Part shown: in pieces, positions 62,342-64,000 of the stretch
Numbering within the stretch: the stretch's first letter is position 1
Layout: every line of letters starts with the position of its first letter
Assembly: GCA_013265495.1 (NCBI GenBank)
Contig: MU058844.1
Coordinates: 4,207,535-4,271,534, forward strand
Length of the DNA: 64,000 nucleotides
From: Vicugna vicugna
Lineage: Eukaryota
Reading direction: 5' to 3'
The notes under the pieces: generated by a model
What the model was told of the DNA's origin: nothing
Database searches by the model: none
The model's input: only the letters and a program-made list of their open reading frames with translations
Program-made: the position numbers and the translations under genes

Positions 62342-63414
62342 ATATATATAATTTCTGGTATTTCCTTCAAAACATATTGATGAAACACATCAATTACACT
62401 GTAAAGACATATAAATTATGTGATTAAATCTGATTCAGTAACTTACTAGTACAAACACTTTAAAGACAATCATTTTTTTCTTTTCTAATTTAACTTAGAA
62501 TGCCTGAACGTAAACCCCTGTGACTATGGATTCCCAAGAATATATTGTTTATTCAACCTACGATTCAGTCAGATTGTTTTCTGAAAATTTCTGTGATAAA
62601 TCACAATGGAGACATAATTTTTGTTAAATTTGACACACATGATAAAATAAGTATTATGTACATCCCCTTTCCCACTCCTCCAGAGTTCTCAGTTATCTGG
62701 GAAGGTAGATTATTCATGTTTATTAGCGAACAATGGCAAGCAAAAAATAAACAAAAACCCTTTTATCAAAAGGTTATTAACAATGACCTTTTGTTCAGCA
62801 CAACCCATGTATAATAAAACAGGCACTGGGAGGAAATATTTATTCATTTAACAGAGCCAGGATTCACATCATCAAAAATATCACCAAGGATTTAAAAACA
62901 ACTTGTCAAGAGTGTCTAACAAACTATACAAACATACAACTCTTCTTTGAAAATAAGCTTGTCACTGATCAACATCCATCCATAAGCTATTAGGCAAAGA
63001 TATGTTAAAAAAGATGATAGTTCTGATATGTCAGATTTTAAGATGTTTACTTAACTGATGACTGATAGTTTCACCAAGTTCATTTACTACACAAACATAA
63101 AACAAACCCAGAACTATCATTTTGGAGAACTAAGAATGAAATACACAATTTATCATGTTATGTTCCCCAAAAATGAAGTTTAAAGGTGCTACGTGCCTTA
63201 ATCAAGAACAACAAAAAAATCCAAAACACCAGTTAAATAAACAAATCCCTACATTACTAATAGGACTATTAGTGTGATCAGTGATCCTTGATATACTTAG
63301 AACTTAACTCCTAACATTCAAATTCAGTGATAACATACAAAATTAAAATGCAAAAAAGTTCCACTTTCCTCAGTTTTTAAAAGTTTTAAAAAATAATTTT
63401 TAAATCTAGAAAAG

Positions 63415-64000
63415 ATAATAAACAAGTAGGACTACATCAAACTAAAATACTTCTGTACATCAAAGGAAACCGTCAATAAAATTAAAAGTCATTTTAACCA
63501 AATGGGAGAAAATATTTGCAAATCATATATCTGATAAGAGGTTAACATCTAAAATATACAAAGAACTCATACAACTCAACAGCAAAAAAGCAAACAATCT
63601 GATTTAAAAAAAATGTGCAGAAGATCTGCACAGACATTTTTCCAAAGAAGATATACAGACAGATAGCCACCAGGTACATGAAAAGATGCCCAACATCACT
63701 AATCATCAGGGAAACACCGTCAGAATCACAGTGAGATATCAACTCACACCTGTCAGTATGGCTATTATCAAAAAGATAAGAAATAACAGGCAAGGATATG
63801 GAGAAAAAGAAACCCTTGTGCACTGCTGATAGAAAAGTAAATTGGTATAGCCACTATGAAAAACAGTATGGAGGCTCCTCAAAAAATTAAAAATAGAAAT
63901 ACCATATGATCCAGCAATTCTACTTATGAGCATTTATACAAACAAAACAAAAACACTAACTTGGAAAGATCTATGTACCCCAATATTTACTGCAGCATTA
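63415..64000 (+). mobile_element. L1 ORF2 3' fragment running off the window end
   Basis: ggactacatcaaactaaaa...aatgggagaaaatatttgcaaatcatatatctgataag...atagaaataccatatgatccagcaatt. Confidence 0.9.

Noticed and set aside
6045..64000. A novel multi-gene biological system
   Set aside because: No intact CDS, RNA gene or operon-like organisation is visible; the region is explained by known mammalian repeat classes plus short unique islands.

Overview
Mammalian genomic DNA, not prokaryotic. It is most likely a camelid, judged from a tRNA-Ala-derived vic-1-type SINE and cetartiodactyl-type L1 3' ends. The only gene-derived sequence I can support is the end of KITLG (stem cell factor) on the + strand: the tail of the last intron (1-1675), a splice acceptor at 1674-1675 and a ~4.4 kb wholly non-coding terminal exon ending after AATAAA at 6023-6028. 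The KITLG call is from my recall of the human 3'UTR, not from an alignment. The remaining ~58 kb is intergenic and repeat-rich: L1, L2, MIR, MaLR/ERV solo LTRs, a near full-length Tigger1, MER119, and two hAT-Tip100 (Arthur1-like) elements, one with a fossil transposase. A few repeat-free islands carry enhancer-like motif clusters. No intact protein-coding gene is present; the listed ORFs are spurious or decayed transposon fragments. I found no evidence for a novel multi-gene system. The best leads are two candidate KITLG 3' enhancers (~41.7-41.9 kb and ~53.2-54.1 kb), 3'UTR regulatory architecture and nested or young insertions. Repeat subfamily names come from remembered consensus sequences, and boundaries without a stated TSD are approximate.
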